Source of the DNA: a virus | Taxonomy: Duplodnaviria > Caudoviricetes | Virus record (IMG/VR): IMGVR_UViG_3300049139_000283 | Location: 1 to 34,439 of that record | Strand: one strand, 5' to 3' | DNA length: 34,439 nucleotides | Shown here: positions 24,190 to 34,136 of the stretch, piece by piece | How the letters are laid out: each line of letters opens with the position of its first letter | Numbering within the stretch: the first letter of the stretch is position 1 | Program-made: the position numbers and the translations under genes | Notes under the pieces: model-generated | What the model saw: only the letters and a program-made list of their open reading frames with translations | The model's database searches: none | Told to the model about the DNA's origin: nothing

Positions 24190-24696
24190 CTAGGTGAGTC
24201 GGTTTCGCACGTCGTCCACGACGCGCGCCACCTCGGCGGTCATGCGGGGGGTGTGCTTGCGCACGGTGGCCTCCCACCACAGGGGGGTGGTGTTCTGCTG
24301 CACCCAGCGGCGGCGGTTGCCGAACACTGGGTGCCTGATGCGGCCGCTGTTGAGCGCGGCCGGCATGCCGCGCAGGTCGCTCGGCAGCGAGCCCCGGTCG
24401 ATCCACACCCGTGCGCCCGGGCTGCCAGTAGTCCGCACCGAGATGCGGACGGCAGCGGCGATCGTCGCCCGCAGCGGCCGGGACGTCGGCGACGAACCGC
24501 CGCGGCTGCCCGCCTTACGGGGCTGGGACTGGATCCGCAGGGACCGGATGGTCTGCTGCATGTCCGCCTTCAGCGGCTCGGCGGCCCGCCGGATCCGGCG
24601 CTGCATGCTGGCGCGGAGGTTCTCATGCCCGGCCGCGCGCAGCCGCCGCTGGAGCTCCAGGAGCTGGCCGGTGCCGACGATCTGCACGCTGCGCAC
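24190..24696 (-). CDS. Neck/tail completion protein (HK97 gp10-like)
   Basis: Basic protein with GRIRHPVFGNRRRWVQQ...WW motif; position in the tail module. Confidence 0.7.
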   Translation of the reverse strand: MRSVQIVGTGQLLELQRRLRAAGHENLRASMQRRIRRAAEPLKADMQQTIRSLRIQSQPRKAGSRGGSSPTSRPLRATIAAAVRISVRTTGSPGARVWIDRGSLPSDLRGMPAALNSGRIRHPVFGNRRRWVQQNTTPLWWEATVRKHTPRMTAEVARVVDDVRNRLT

Positions 24697-24705
24697 GGCG
24701 TCACC

Positions 24706-25692
24706 TCACAGCGTCGAGTCGGTGCTGATGTACTCGATCGCGACCGGGTTGGTGAGGTCGAACAGGCCCGTGAAGTTGAACGTGGGGCGCACGATGCCGT
24801 GGCCCTCGATGGTCGGCGGCGCGTCATCGAACTTGATCACGGGCACCTTGATGCGGAACGTCTCGAAGTGCGTTGCGGCGATCAGCGGACCGATGAACTC
24901 CCACACCAGGGACGTGCCGCCGTCGGAGGTGTGCAGGTCGTCGATCGTGGTCGAGACGTAGTCCATCTCCAACGACCCGGTCACCTTGACCAGGTCGTTC
25001 GGGAGCGGCTCCTTCTTCCGGCCTGCTGCTCCGGCGTAGAAGCGGTCCGTGGCCGCCGGCCGCTCGATCTTCAGCGACGCCTTACGGACGCCGTCGAGCG
25101 CGGCCTCCGAACCGTAGGTGCCGATCTTGACGGCCATCTGGTGGAAGCCGAACGGCGACATGGCGCTGTACGAGGCGGCGGCGAGCGTCTGCGTCTCGTC
25201 GCAGTCCTTCGCGTCGATCTCCCAGGACGAGCTGAGCATCTCACCGGAGCCGCACGAGAACTCTGCGCTGACGATCTTGCAGCCCACGAAGGACTTGTCC
25301 ACGACGGTGCCCGTGGTGAGCGGCATCCCCTTCTGGATCGTCAGGCTCTTGCCTGTCTGATCGCCCAGGGCGTGCGTCTGGAGGTACGCCGTCGTCGCGC
25401 CCTGCTGGACCGGCGTGACGGTGGTGCCCATGAGGGCTTGCAACAGCGGCCCCATGCCCTTGTTGGAGACCTCCAGCTCCAGGCTTCCGCCAGCCTCGAT
25501 CTGGGTGACCACCCGCCGCGAGGACAGCGCCATCAGCCGCCCGGCGGCGATGCCGCTGGACTGGGCGGTCGTCTTCTTCAGGACCAAGGATTCCTTGGTG
25601 AACTCCAGGAACTTGGTGGGCGCGACGAACGTGCCGTACGTCGTCTCGGTCGCGATGCCGAGCTGTGCCCCGAGTCCGGACCCGATGGCCAT
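24706..25692 (-). CDS. Major tail tube protein
   Basis: MAIGSGLGAQLGIATETTYGT...KSLTIQKG...GCKI...VTGSLE; Thr/Ser/Gly-rich, 328 aa. Confidence 0.85.
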   Translation of the reverse strand: MAIGSGLGAQLGIATETTYGTFVAPTKFLEFTKESLVLKKTTAQSSGIAAGRLMALSSRRVVTQIEAGGSLELEVSNKGMGPLLQALMGTTVTPVQQGATTAYLQTHALGDQTGKSLTIQKGMPLTTGTVVDKSFVGCKIVSAEFSCGSGEMLSSSWEIDAKDCDETQTLAAASYSAMSPFGFHQMAVKIGTYGSEAALDGVRKASLKIERPAATDRFYAGAAGRKKEPLPNDLVKVTGSLEMDYVSTTIDDLHTSDGGTSLVWEFIGPLIAATHFETFRIKVPVIKFDDAPPTIEGHGIVRPTFNFTGLFDLTNPVAIEYISTDSTL

Positions 25693-25695
25693 GGA

Positions 25696-25962
25696 TCAGC
25701 CCTCCGTCTTCTGCGGCCGGGCCGCTGTCTTCTTCACGGTCGTCGGCTCCGCTTCGGTCGCGGACTCGGTCGGCATCGGGCGCTCCGGCTCCTCCCAGTC
25801 GGGCGGCGCGTCCACGCCCTCCCACAGCGCGGTCTGGCAGACGTAGCCGCCGTACCGGGCATCCGGCACCTCGACCAGCTCGTCCGGCTGTACTGCGCGG
25901 CCCCCGAGTTCCGGCACGGTGACTGGCTCGGGGCCGATGTAGCGCACACGCGCCATCGCCAA
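25696..25962 (-). CDS. Small hypothetical virion-associated protein
   Basis: ARVRYIGPEPVTVPELGGRAVQPDELVEVPD; AAGGAG RBS. Confidence 0.7.
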   Translation of the reverse strand: MAMARVRYIGPEPVTVPELGGRAVQPDELVEVPDARYGGYVCQTALWEGVDAPPDWEEPERPMPTESATEAEPTTVKKTAARPQKTEG

Positions 25963-25978
25963 CTCCTTCGTACGGTGT

Positions 25979-26446
25979 TCAGATGAGGGCCTTGCAGGTG
26001 ACCGACCAGCCGATACCGGCGGTCAAGCCCTGGTCGCTGCTGATCTGTCGAAGAGATCCGGCGGTGAACTCTGCCCACTGGACGACGCCGCCGAGGGTCG
26101 GCGCGGTGGGATTGCCGCCGGACGCGCGGATGACGGACTCGACCACGCCGAGCAGCTCGAAAGCCCTGTCCCGCCGCGCCTTCATGTCGGTGTCGCCGCT
26201 CCACGACTCGACGTATCCGAGGATCACGGAATCCTCCTCACGGACCCGGGCACCCGCGTACGCGAACGACTGGGACAGCGACGCGCCTTCGTCGGCGCCG
26301 GGCTGCCAGCCCACGGTCACGTAGTCGGCGTCTGCCAGGTCGCCCACGGGCGGCCCGTCGAGCACCTGCACGTCGGCCAGCTCGGGCGCCGCGCGCAGCA
26401 ACGCCAGCAGCGCGTCGATCGCGGCCGGGACGGACGAGGTCGCCAT
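25979..26446 (-). CDS. Tail terminator-like protein
   Basis: MATSSVPAAIDAL...VLDGPP...RDRAFELLGVVESVIR...PTLGGVV; position in the neck cluster. Confidence 0.75.
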   Translation of the reverse strand: MATSSVPAAIDALLALLRAAPELADVQVLDGPPVGDLADADYVTVGWQPGADEGASLSQSFAYAGARVREEDSVILGYVESWSGDTDMKARRDRAFELLGVVESVIRASGGNPTAPTLGGVVQWAEFTAGSLRQISSDQGLTAGIGWSVTCKALI

Positions 26447-27261
26447 CAGCCCACCCCCGGCGGCAGCCGGTATGGCTCCAGCAGTTGGAGCGCCCGGTTC
26501 GGGATGGCGTAACCGAAGCCAACAACGGGCTCGGACACGTCGTAGTCGTCGGTGCCGCGCTGCGGCCGGCCGGGGCCCTGCTGCGTGCGCCACAGGTGCT
26601 GGAGGATGATGCGCGCGGCCGACGTCATCGCCGCGGGGACGATGCGGCGGCCGGCGGGGTAGGTGAACTGGAGCGGCCCGTGCAGCACGCCGCCGTCGAG
26701 CCGCTGCACGATGCCGGTCTCGCCGTCGAGCGCGAGGTCCGCTACCGCGTACGTCGTCCCGCCGGTGAGCACCGGCACGACCGAGGTGATGCCGAGCGCC
26801 GGGGTGCGGCGGAGGCATACGGTCGTGGCGCGGCGGAAGTCGTGCCGCTCGGTGTACGAGCGGACAACCACCGGTCCGCAGAGCCCCTCGATCCCGGCGG
26901 TGATGGACTCGACCCACGAGCGGATCTCGTCATCGTCCGTGGTGGAGGTCTTGTTGAGGTGCTTCTTGGCGTCCGCGAGCGAGAGGATCGCCGGGGGCGC
27001 CGCCTCCCGCACGTCGAAACTGTCGGTATACGCGCCGGCGTTGACGCCCGTCGCTACCCAGCGCACCGTGTGCCGCCCCGCCTGCACGGTCGCGTAGTCG
27101 TGCGCGTACGTGCCCGTCGCGGCCGGCGTCACCGTCGCCGTGGTTGTAGTGCCGTCCGGCAGGGTGACCGTGACGGTCATGGAGCCCGCGTTGGCGAGCG
27201 CACCGGCGGCGTCCCGCACGGTGGTGCCGAGGGGGACGACGGCGCCGAGGTCGTACGGCAT
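26446..27261 (-). CDS. Head-tail connector/adaptor with N-terminal Ig-like domain
   Basis: N-terminal beta-rich TVTVTLPDG...GTY...GRHTVRW; C-terminal LSLADAKKHLN...DDDEI...YPAG...AARIILQHLW (gp6/gp15-like). Confidence 0.8.
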   Translation of the reverse strand: MPYDLGAVVPLGTTVRDAAGALANAGSMTVTVTLPDGTTTTATVTPAATGTYAHDYATVQAGRHTVRWVATGVNAGAYTDSFDVREAAPPAILSLADAKKHLNKTSTTDDDEIRSWVESITAGIEGLCGPVVVRSYTERHDFRRATTVCLRRTPALGITSVVPVLTGGTTYAVADLALDGETGIVQRLDGGVLHGPLQFTYPAGRRIVPAAMTSAARIILQHLWRTQQGPGRPQRGTDDYDVSEPVVGFGYAIPNRALQLLEPYRLPPGVG

Positions 27262-27263
27262 GG

Positions 27264-27911
27264 TCAGCCTCCGCTCAGCGTCGGGCCCGTGCGGGCGTAC
27301 GGCCCGGGCCCGGCGAGCACGCGCGACGATGCGCTGGCGCTGCCGGGACGGGTGATGTTCAGCTGGTCGAACTCCGCGAAGTCGTCGACGCCGGCGTCGC
27401 GGTGCGCTTCGAGCAGCAGCGACAGAGTGGACTGGGCCGTCCAGGCGGGCGCCGCCGCAGTGCGTAGCACGGTCCACGTGGCGCCGTCCGGCGACGCCTC
27501 CCAGTGCAGGGCCCCGGCGGCCTCGCGCAGCCGCAGCCACGCGTGCGCCACCGGGTCGTACGCGGGGAACAAGGCGCCCGGGTCGGTGTACCCGACGCGC
27601 AGGTACACGCCGAGCGCGCCCTGCGCGCGGTCGATAAGGAACCCTGCGTCGGTCCCGCCCGTACCGCTGAGTACGAGGATCGAGCACGCCGCCGTCGTAG
27701 CGCCGCCCGGCGCCGGCGGCCACACCCTAAGCGCAACCTGTGACCAGGCGAGGGTGTACGCCGACGCCGACCGGTACGCCGCGAACCCGGGGGTGCAGGG
27801 GACGCGGGCCCGGCCGCCGGCCTCAACGGGGTCGCCGTACGACTGCGGCCAGAGCACCGGGTCCACCACGCCGTCACCGAAGTCGTCACGCAACATGCCG
27901 AACCCGGGCAC
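27264..27911 (-). CDS. Beta-sandwich (lectin-like) hypothetical virion protein
   Basis: DDFGDGVVDPVLW...AWLRLRE..G.LHWEASPDGATW...AEFDQLN. Confidence 0.7.
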   Translation of the reverse strand: MPGFGMLRDDFGDGVVDPVLWPQSYGDPVEAGGRARVPCTPGFAAYRSASAYTLAWSQVALRVWPPAPGGATTAACSILVLSGTGGTDAGFLIDRAQGALGVYLRVGYTDPGALFPAYDPVAHAWLRLREAAGALHWEASPDGATWTVLRTAAAPAWTAQSTLSLLLEAHRDAGVDDFAEFDQLNITRPGSASASSRVLAGPGPYARTGPTLSGG

Positions 27912-27914
27912 CGG

Positions 27915-28160
27915 CTACTCCTCACGCTTGCGGCCGCCGCGCCCCGCGCTGGGCCGGACCGAGCGGCGCTCACCTGGCTCGGCGGTCGCCTGCTCCACCG
28001 GCGGCCGGGAGCGGGTGACGTGGTCGGCGATCTCGCCGAACAGGTGCTCCCGCCCGCGGACGATCGGGTCCGTCTCCTCGATCAGGTCTCCGGCATGCAC
28101 GACCCGCGGCACCCCGGCGATATAGGCGACGAAGCTGGCCGTTGCCCGCTTGATGGCCAT
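27915..28160 (-). CDS. Small hypothetical virion protein
   Basis: GAGGAGG RBS; ...DPIVRGREHLF...VEQATAEPGERR. Confidence 0.75.
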   Translation of the reverse strand: MAIKRATASFVAYIAGVPRVVHAGDLIEETDPIVRGREHLFGEIADHVTRSRPPVEQATAEPGERRSVRPSAGRGGRKREE

Positions 28161-28171
28161 GTGCCGCCTCC

Positions 28172-28528
28172 TCAGACCTGATCGATGGTGTCGCCGAGAC
28201 CGTGCGGCCCAGGGCTCTTGGCGCCCTTGTGCGGGCCCTCCTCGGCCGCCGTCTCCCTGGCCTTGGCCGCGTGCTCCTTCTCCTCGCCGATCTCCGGGCC
28301 GTCGATCTGCTGCGGCTTGGCCGGGAAGTCCTCCAACTTCGGCCGCTGATCGCCGGTGCGGTTGTCCAGCCGCGGATCGATCGGCGGGTTGTCCGCGTCG
28401 ACCGCGAGCTGCTCGGTCGTGGGCTCGGTGTGCTGCGGCTCCTGCGCGGCGGTACGGCGGCTGCCCGTGCTCGGGGTGCCGGTCTCCGCCCGCGCTGCCG
28501 TGGTGGTCTTCTCGTCCTTCTCGGACAT
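28172..28528 (-). CDS. Low-complexity, charged hypothetical protein
   Basis: GGAGG RBS; MSEKDEKTTT...PPIDPRLDNRTGDQRP... Confidence 0.7.
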   Translation of the reverse strand: MSEKDEKTTTAARAETGTPSTGSRRTAAQEPQHTEPTTEQLAVDADNPPIDPRLDNRTGDQRPKLEDFPAKPQQIDGPEIGEEKEHAAKARETAAEEGPHKGAKSPGPHGLGDTIDQV

Positions 28529-28566
28529 GGCTGATCCTCCACTCGGGATCGTTCGCTGCGTGGGTG

Positions 28567-28598
28567 GGGCCCGGCCGCGCATGGCGGCGACCGGGCCC
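28567..28598 (-). terminator. Hairpin after the major capsid gene
   Basis: GGGCCCGG...CCGGGCCC imperfect stem. Confidence 0.45.
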
Positions 28599-28611
28599 GC
28601 GGGATGACGGG

Positions 28612-30114
28612 TCAGGCGTTGGTGGCGACGTTGAGCATCCGGAACGCCGCGTCGTTCACGCTGTCGGCGCCCACGCGGTAGTAGGCGTACCAGCCGCGCT
28701 GGCCGGTCGGGCGGCGGTTCGCGCCCACGAGGTGCGGGATGAACTCGACGGTCATGCCGACGCGGTCGGCGATGACGTAGTTGCTGAAGTCGCCGTAGAC
28801 CATCAGGTGGTTGTCGGCGGTCGCGGCCGCGTCGAACGCGGCGTCCATGTCCTCCGATTCCAGCGCCGGGCGGCCCAGAAGCATCGGGGGCACGTCGGCG
28901 CCGATCCGCTCCCACATCTGCGCGCCGCCGTTCGTGTCGAACTGGCGGATCGAGTTGTAGATAGTCCGGTTGGCCAGCCACGACGCGTTGGCCCGGTAGC
29001 GGGACGGCAGCGCGCCGTCGAGCTTGTAGATGTCCGCCGCAGCGAACGTCTCCGCCGTGGTCGGGGCGACCACGCTGGAGGTGCCGGCGAGCGCGGTGAC
29101 GATGCCGGTCGGCTGGCCGACGCCAGTACCGGTAACGAACGCCGCCGACTCCAGGACGTCCCGGCCGAAGGCGAGCAACCGCGCAACCTCCTGGGTGACG
29201 TTGGCCTCGTCCTCCAGGGCCTCGATCGAGATGGGCACGAACCCGGCGGCCTTGTACACGGGGATCGTCGGCTGCGCGAACGTGGTGGCGTCGTCAGAAA
29301 CCTCGGTGGCTTCCGCGTCCCACGACCAGGCGACCGCGCCCGACGAGACGCCATGCCAGGAGTCTCCGGTGGCAACGACCGTACGGGCCGCCTCGCGGAT
29401 CTGGTTGCGGGACCCGTTCGCCGTGATGATGACGGTCGGGTCGAGCTGGAACGGCACCAGGTAGCCACCGGCGCTGTCCGTGAGCGACATGGCCCGCTCC
29501 AGGGCCCGCTGCTCCTCGGGGGAGATCATGTGGCCGTGGCCTCGGGCCACCTTCGACCAGGCGCGCAGGTACTGCGGCGAGGAGGTCGCCAGGCACAGCC
29601 GGGCGATACGCGAGTCACCGTCGTCGAACTGCTCGATGATGCCCGTTGCGGCTTGGCGGACGGTGTCGTTCGCGGCGCCCATCTTCTCGATCGCCGACAG
29701 CGCGCGGGCCCGCAGCTCCTGCGCCACCTCGCCCTTCGAACGGGAGAAGGTGCGCAGGCCGTCCAGGTCCCACGGGTCACGGAACCGCATGTCCTCAACC
29801 GAGTCCGGGTTGAGGATCGGGTCCATGTCGTAGCTGTCCCGGCTGCTGACCGGCGTACCGCGCTCGGAGCGCAGCTCCAGCGCCGCCGGACCGCGGTCGG
29901 TGGCCTGCGTCGCCGCGCGGACCCGCTGCAGGGCCGAGGCGCGCTCCAGCTGACGGCGGTGGTCGTCGACGTCGGCGAACTCGCGGGTGAGCTCGTCGAA
30001 CGTCTGCTCGTCCTCGGCCGTGAGGGTGTCGCGCTTCTCCAGCTCTTCGAGCTGGGCGCGGATGTCCTTCAGCCGGATCACGGCCTGCTGGTGGGAAAGT
30101 TCGAGCTTGGGCAT
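28612..30114 (-). CDS. Major capsid protein, HK97 fold with N-terminal scaffold (delta) domain
   Basis: Coiled-coil N-terminus; AGGYLVP, ISIEALED, GTGVGQPTGI, LLGRP, YGDFSNYVI, AFRML motifs. Confidence 0.93.
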   Translation of the reverse strand: MPKLELSHQQAVIRLKDIRAQLEELEKRDTLTAEDEQTFDELTREFADVDDHRRQLERASALQRVRAATQATDRGPAALELRSERGTPVSSRDSYDMDPILNPDSVEDMRFRDPWDLDGLRTFSRSKGEVAQELRARALSAIEKMGAANDTVRQAATGIIEQFDDGDSRIARLCLATSSPQYLRAWSKVARGHGHMISPEEQRALERAMSLTDSAGGYLVPFQLDPTVIITANGSRNQIREAARTVVATGDSWHGVSSGAVAWSWDAEATEVSDDATTFAQPTIPVYKAAGFVPISIEALEDEANVTQEVARLLAFGRDVLESAAFVTGTGVGQPTGIVTALAGTSSVVAPTTAETFAAADIYKLDGALPSRYRANASWLANRTIYNSIRQFDTNGGAQMWERIGADVPPMLLGRPALESEDMDAAFDAAATADNHLMVYGDFSNYVIADRVGMTVEFIPHLVGANRRPTGQRGWYAYYRVGADSVNDAAFRMLNVATNA

Positions 30115-31076
30115 CAGCCCGTCTCCTTCGTGTCGATGGACGCCAGTACGCCGTCCATCAGCTGGCCGATCTCGGCAAGCTGGGACCGCATGCGTGCTGT
30201 GCGGGGGGATGGCGACGGGTGCCCATCGGCGGGCGGCGCGTCGGTGCTGCTCGGGGCTGGCGGGTGCTCGCTGCGGAGCGGCGCGCCATCAGGGGTGGTC
30301 TGTGGGGCCGGGTGCTCCTCGCGGGGCGGCGCGGCCGGGGTGTCGTCTCGCTGGAAGAGGAGCGCGGCCGCGACCTCGCGGCGGAGCTCCGGGTCGTCGG
30401 GTACCTGCGGCACGGCGGCGTCGCGGGCGAGGGACTGCCGGATCGAGCGGGCCATGTCGTCGCTGCGTACGAGCTCGCTCGCCATGCCGCGGGCCCGTAC
30501 GGACACGCTGGTGCCCGCGTACGCCGGGAAGACGACCGGGCCGAGCTCTCGGCACTTCAGTTCGATGAGCTCGCGCCGCAGCGGCCCGCGGTCGCCCGGC
30601 ATCCACAGCAGGTCGAGCACTTCTTGGGGCTTGACCAGCTTGCCGTTGACGTCGCGCCACTCCTCGCGCACGACCTCGAAGCGGAAGCTCATGCCGTTGA
30701 CGGAGCCCTCAGCGATCGCGTCCCGCACGGGCTGCATCAGCCAGTTGTCGGTGATCCGCGCCTCGACGTAGAGGCCCTGGTCGTCCTCGCGCAAGTCGAC
30801 GATCTGCCCGATCGGCAGGGACCCGATGAGCGGGTGCCGGCCGTGGTCGAACTGCATGACCGGCGTTGACTCGCGGATCGTCTTGCGGAAGGCGCCCTTG
30901 CGGATCGTCTCGACGAAGTGGCCCTCCCACGAGTCGATCTCGGTGTCCTGCCCGAAGACCGCGGCGTACCCGGACAGCGACCGGCCGTCTCCGGCCTCGC
31001 CGTCCGCCTTGGCGCGCTGAAACTGAAACGGCGCGGACCTCTCCAGGTCTCGCGCCGCAGGATGCGTGACGGGCAT
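30114..31076 (-). CDS. HK97-family prohead protease
   Basis: LSGYAAVF, ETIRKGAF, FDHG, LREDDQGL, GMSFRF, ELGPVVFPAY. Confidence 0.93.
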   Translation of the reverse strand: MPVTHPAARDLERSAPFQFQRAKADGEAGDGRSLSGYAAVFGQDTEIDSWEGHFVETIRKGAFRKTIRESTPVMQFDHGRHPLIGSLPIGQIVDLREDDQGLYVEARITDNWLMQPVRDAIAEGSVNGMSFRFEVVREEWRDVNGKLVKPQEVLDLLWMPGDRGPLRRELIELKCRELGPVVFPAYAGTSVSVRARGMASELVRSDDMARSIRQSLARDAAVPQVPDDPELRREVAAALLFQRDDTPAAPPREEHPAPQTTPDGAPLRSEHPPAPSSTDAPPADGHPSPSPRTARMRSQLAEIGQLMDGVLASIDTKETG

Positions 31077-32443
31077 CAGGGCCCCTCCTCATCGTCTGGT
31101 GTGGGCGCGGTGGAAGGCCCGGCCGTACCGGGCGCCTGGAGCTGCACGGAGTACAGCCCGGTGTGCTCCAGCAGCGACCAGTCCTCGGCCATCACGGCGG
31201 CTTGAGCGGACGCCGGGGTGTACCCGGCGTCAACCAGCTGCCGGATCGTGCGGGCCTGGAGGCCCTGGATCTCGGCGGCGTCCTTGCGGTCCTCCCGGAG
31301 GAACGGGACGTCGCGCGCGTCGTACCAGAGCCGTACGGCGCCGGGCGTACGCCCGGTACGCGCGGGCGGGGTGACCAACCGCGAGAAGGACCCGGCGACG
31401 TTCTGCCACAGCGGGTGGATCGTCCCGTCGGCGAAGCGGCGGCGCGCTTGGCCGTAGTTGCTGTAGGTCGCGGCCTGGAGGCCCTCGGACAGGCCCACGA
31501 TGATCGGCGGCACCCCGGCCGCCGCCGCGATGCGAGTCTCGCCGGCGCCCTGGACGCGGCTGAAGTCGAGCTGCTGGAAGTCCTTGCCAACCACGCTCAC
31601 GTCGGCGCCGCCGCCCAGGTACAGCGTCTTGTACGCGTTCTCGACGCCCCGGTGCGAGCTATCCATCTTGGCCTTGAACTTCTCGAACGCCTCCGGCGTC
31701 ACCTCGCGCGCCAGCCGGACGACCAGGTTCGGCGTCGCCGCGTTCTCCATGAACTTCTGCTTGTGCGCGGCCATCAGGTTGTCGTTCTGCGTCTCCCGGA
31801 TCACCGGCGTCAGCCACGACATGCCCCGGTACGTCGCCAGCGGGTCCGGCACCGGCGCGAAGTGCGCCACCTCCTCCGGCCACAGGAACACCGGGTCACC
31901 GTCCGGCTCCTGGTACAGGTAGCCGTACCGGCGCCAGCCGAGATCCCCGTCATGCATCCGCCGGCGCTCCAGCACGATCTGCACATAGTCCGGGCGCATC
32001 CGCACCAGGTCGTCGCGGTCGCGCGTCCAGTAGCTGTTGCCCGCCAGGTCAGCGTCCTGGATGACGCGCGCGAGGAGGTCCTGGGTGGTGCCGCCCACCC
32101 ACGGCTCCTCCAGGAGCCGCAGGCCCGTCGTACCGAACATCGCGCTCGGGCCGGTGGAGTTCATCCGCTGCCACGTGAACCGCGGCGCGGAGAACACCGC
32201 CATCCTCGCCGTCATGCACGCCCAGATCACCGGGTTCGTCGCGAACAGCCGCGCGTACCCCGGCAGGTCGCCCGGGGCCTTCTCCGCGGCCTGCCCGGGC
32301 TGCGTGAGCGCCACCCCGAGCTGTGAGAATCCGCCGTACCCCAGCGACTCCTGCAACGCCAGGGCGTAGTCGTCGATCGTGCTGATCGCACGATCTTCCA
32401 CGGGGGAGCGCCCGCGACGCATCGTCCGCCACAGACTCGTCAC
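31076..32443 (-). CDS. Portal protein (HK97 family)
   Basis: LAGNSY, EVAHF, YRGMSWL, FMENAATP, IAAAAGVPP, ATYSNY motifs. Confidence 0.93.
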   Translation of the reverse strand: MTSLWRTMRRGRSPVEDRAISTIDDYALALQESLGYGGFSQLGVALTQPGQAAEKAPGDLPGYARLFATNPVIWACMTARMAVFSAPRFTWQRMNSTGPSAMFGTTGLRLLEEPWVGGTTQDLLARVIQDADLAGNSYWTRDRDDLVRMRPDYVQIVLERRRMHDGDLGWRRYGYLYQEPDGDPVFLWPEEVAHFAPVPDPLATYRGMSWLTPVIRETQNDNLMAAHKQKFMENAATPNLVVRLAREVTPEAFEKFKAKMDSSHRGVENAYKTLYLGGGADVSVVGKDFQQLDFSRVQGAGETRIAAAAGVPPIIVGLSEGLQAATYSNYGQARRRFADGTIHPLWQNVAGSFSRLVTPPARTGRTPGAVRLWYDARDVPFLREDRKDAAEIQGLQARTIRQLVDAGYTPASAQAAVMAEDWSLLEHTGLYSVQLQAPGTAGPSTAPTPDDEEGP

Positions 32444-32637
32444 GGGCGCTCCTCCCTCCTGCCGCCCTCAGCAGGGTCCACATCGGCCAGGAAGAGGCAC
32501 CAGGCGGCGAGCACGCCGCCGCCGGCCATCAGCCCGGCCGCGAGGTCTGTAGCCAGCCCGACGCCGAGCGAGGAGACCAGACCGCCGGCCAGGACACCCG
32601 CCCGCGCGAGCGCGGCCCTCATCCGTACGCGGCCCAC
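32440..32637 (-). CDS. Small two-TM membrane protein
   Basis: Two hydrophobic helices between terminase and portal; start may be 32622. Confidence 0.65.
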   Translation of the reverse strand: MGRVRMRAALARAGVLAGGLVSSLGVGLATDLAAGLMAGGGVLAAWCLFLADVDPAEGGRREERP

Positions 32638-34136
32638 GGCTCCACCTCCTCCTCCGGCTCTTCAACCTCGGCTGTCAGGCCCCAGCGGGCCAGCGTCACG
32701 CCCACCAGCGGGCTGATGTCCACGCCGACCCCGCGCCGGGCCCACGCCCACGCCTCGCCAAGGTCCCGCTTCCTCGCGCCGGCGAGCGCGGTCGCGAGCG
32801 GCGCCTGATCCAGGTGCACGATCTCCCCGGACGCCACCGCGTCGTAGAAGCTCCCGCACGCCTGCGCGTACTGCCGCATCTTCGGCGCCGTCACCGTGAT
32901 CCCGAGCTCCCGTTCCAGCTCCGGGATCAGCGACCCAGCCGGGCCGCCGGCGTCAATCACCCAGCAGCGCGGATTCCAGCGTTCATGCAGGTCACGAGCA
33001 CGCGAGATGATCCAGTCGGCTCCTGGCCGGTTGTCGACCACCTCCACGTGCACGGCGACGCCGTTCGCTCCGGCCACGCAGATGGAGGCGTGAGACCGCT
33101 CCGGGGTCATGTCGATCGCGAACGCCACCGGGTCCGCAGCAGCCGACTCCGCGTCCGCGAGCGCCCGCCACGCGTCTTCACCGATGACCGACCACGTGTC
33201 GGCCGAGTCGGACGGGTAATCGCCCACGCCCAACCTCTCCCTGGCGAAGATGCCCGGGCCCATGGTGAGCCGCTCGCGCTCCGTGTGCTCCAGCGAGAGG
33301 CGGTAGCCGAGCGCGGGGTTCGCGCGGGCCACGGACTCCGACGCCGCCGGATCGTCGTGCTCGGTGCAGTCGCGCGGGCACTCCGGCACGTGGGGGTTGA
33401 TGGACCACTCCATGTACGCCAGCGACGGGTCCGGCACGCCGCGCTCCAGGGCGTCCAGGGCGCGTTGCCGCAGGCGCGCGAGCTGCATGGACAGGTGCCC
33501 GATGCCCGCGCTCCCGAAGTACCAGACCTGCGGGTCCTTCACGGCCGCCATGGTCGGCATGAGCGCGCCCATCGCGTCGTCGCCGAGGATCATCGCCTCG
33601 TCGAAGATGTTGGTGTTGCCGGTGAACCCGCGCCCGCTGCCGCCGCTGCGGGCGAGGAAGCGGAGCCGCTGGCCCGTCAGGAGCTCGATCGACTCCTCGC
33701 CGGTCGTACGCCGCACCCGCGCGACGCGTTTCCGCAGGTCATCAGTGTTGACGATGAGCGACTCGATCCGGCGAAACGCCTCGATGCTGGTCTTGAACTC
33801 GTGGGCGCTGTGCAGGATCAGCCGCTCACCGCCGAGGAACAGGCCCCACAGCTCGCGGGCTTCGATGATGCCGCCCTTGCCGTTCTGCCTCGGCACGTTG
33901 ATGCAGGTCTCGAACGCCGCCCACGAGCCGTCGGCCCGCTCGCCGAGCCCCACATGCAGAGCGTGCTGCTGCCACGGATCCAGCTGGAGCCCGGCGACGG
34001 CCGCCAGCTCGATCGCCTCCTGGCCGGCGCTGGAGACGAACGGCGGCACGGTCTCGATGCGGGGCCGCTGCGCGCCGTACAGCTGGTCAGGCGCCTCGCT
34101 TACCTCGCCGCTCCTCGCGCTTGGCTGTGAGCTCAT
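32619..34136 (-). CDS. terL: Terminase large subunit
   Basis: LDPWQ, Walker A VPRQNGKG, GRGFTG, Walker B IFDEA, ANPALG, FAIDMTP, DISPLV; start uncertain. Confidence 0.93.
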   Translation of the reverse strand: MSSQPSARSGEVSEAPDQLYGAQRPRIETVPPFVSSAGQEAIELAAVAGLQLDPWQQHALHVGLGERADGSWAAFETCINVPRQNGKGGIIEARELWGLFLGGERLILHSAHEFKTSIEAFRRIESLIVNTDDLRKRVARVRRTTGEESIELLTGQRLRFLARSGGSGRGFTGNTNIFDEAMILGDDAMGALMPTMAAVKDPQVWYFGSAGIGHLSMQLARLRQRALDALERGVPDPSLAYMEWSINPHVPECPRDCTEHDDPAASESVARANPALGYRLSLEHTERERLTMGPGIFARERLGVGDYPSDSADTWSVIGEDAWRALADAESAAADPVAFAIDMTPERSHASICVAGANGVAVHVEVVDNRPGADWIISRARDLHERWNPRCWVIDAGGPAGSLIPELERELGITVTAPKMRQYAQACGSFYDAVASGEIVHLDQAPLATALAGARKRDLGEAWAWARRGVGVDISPLVGVTLARWGLTAEVEEPEEEVEPWAAYG

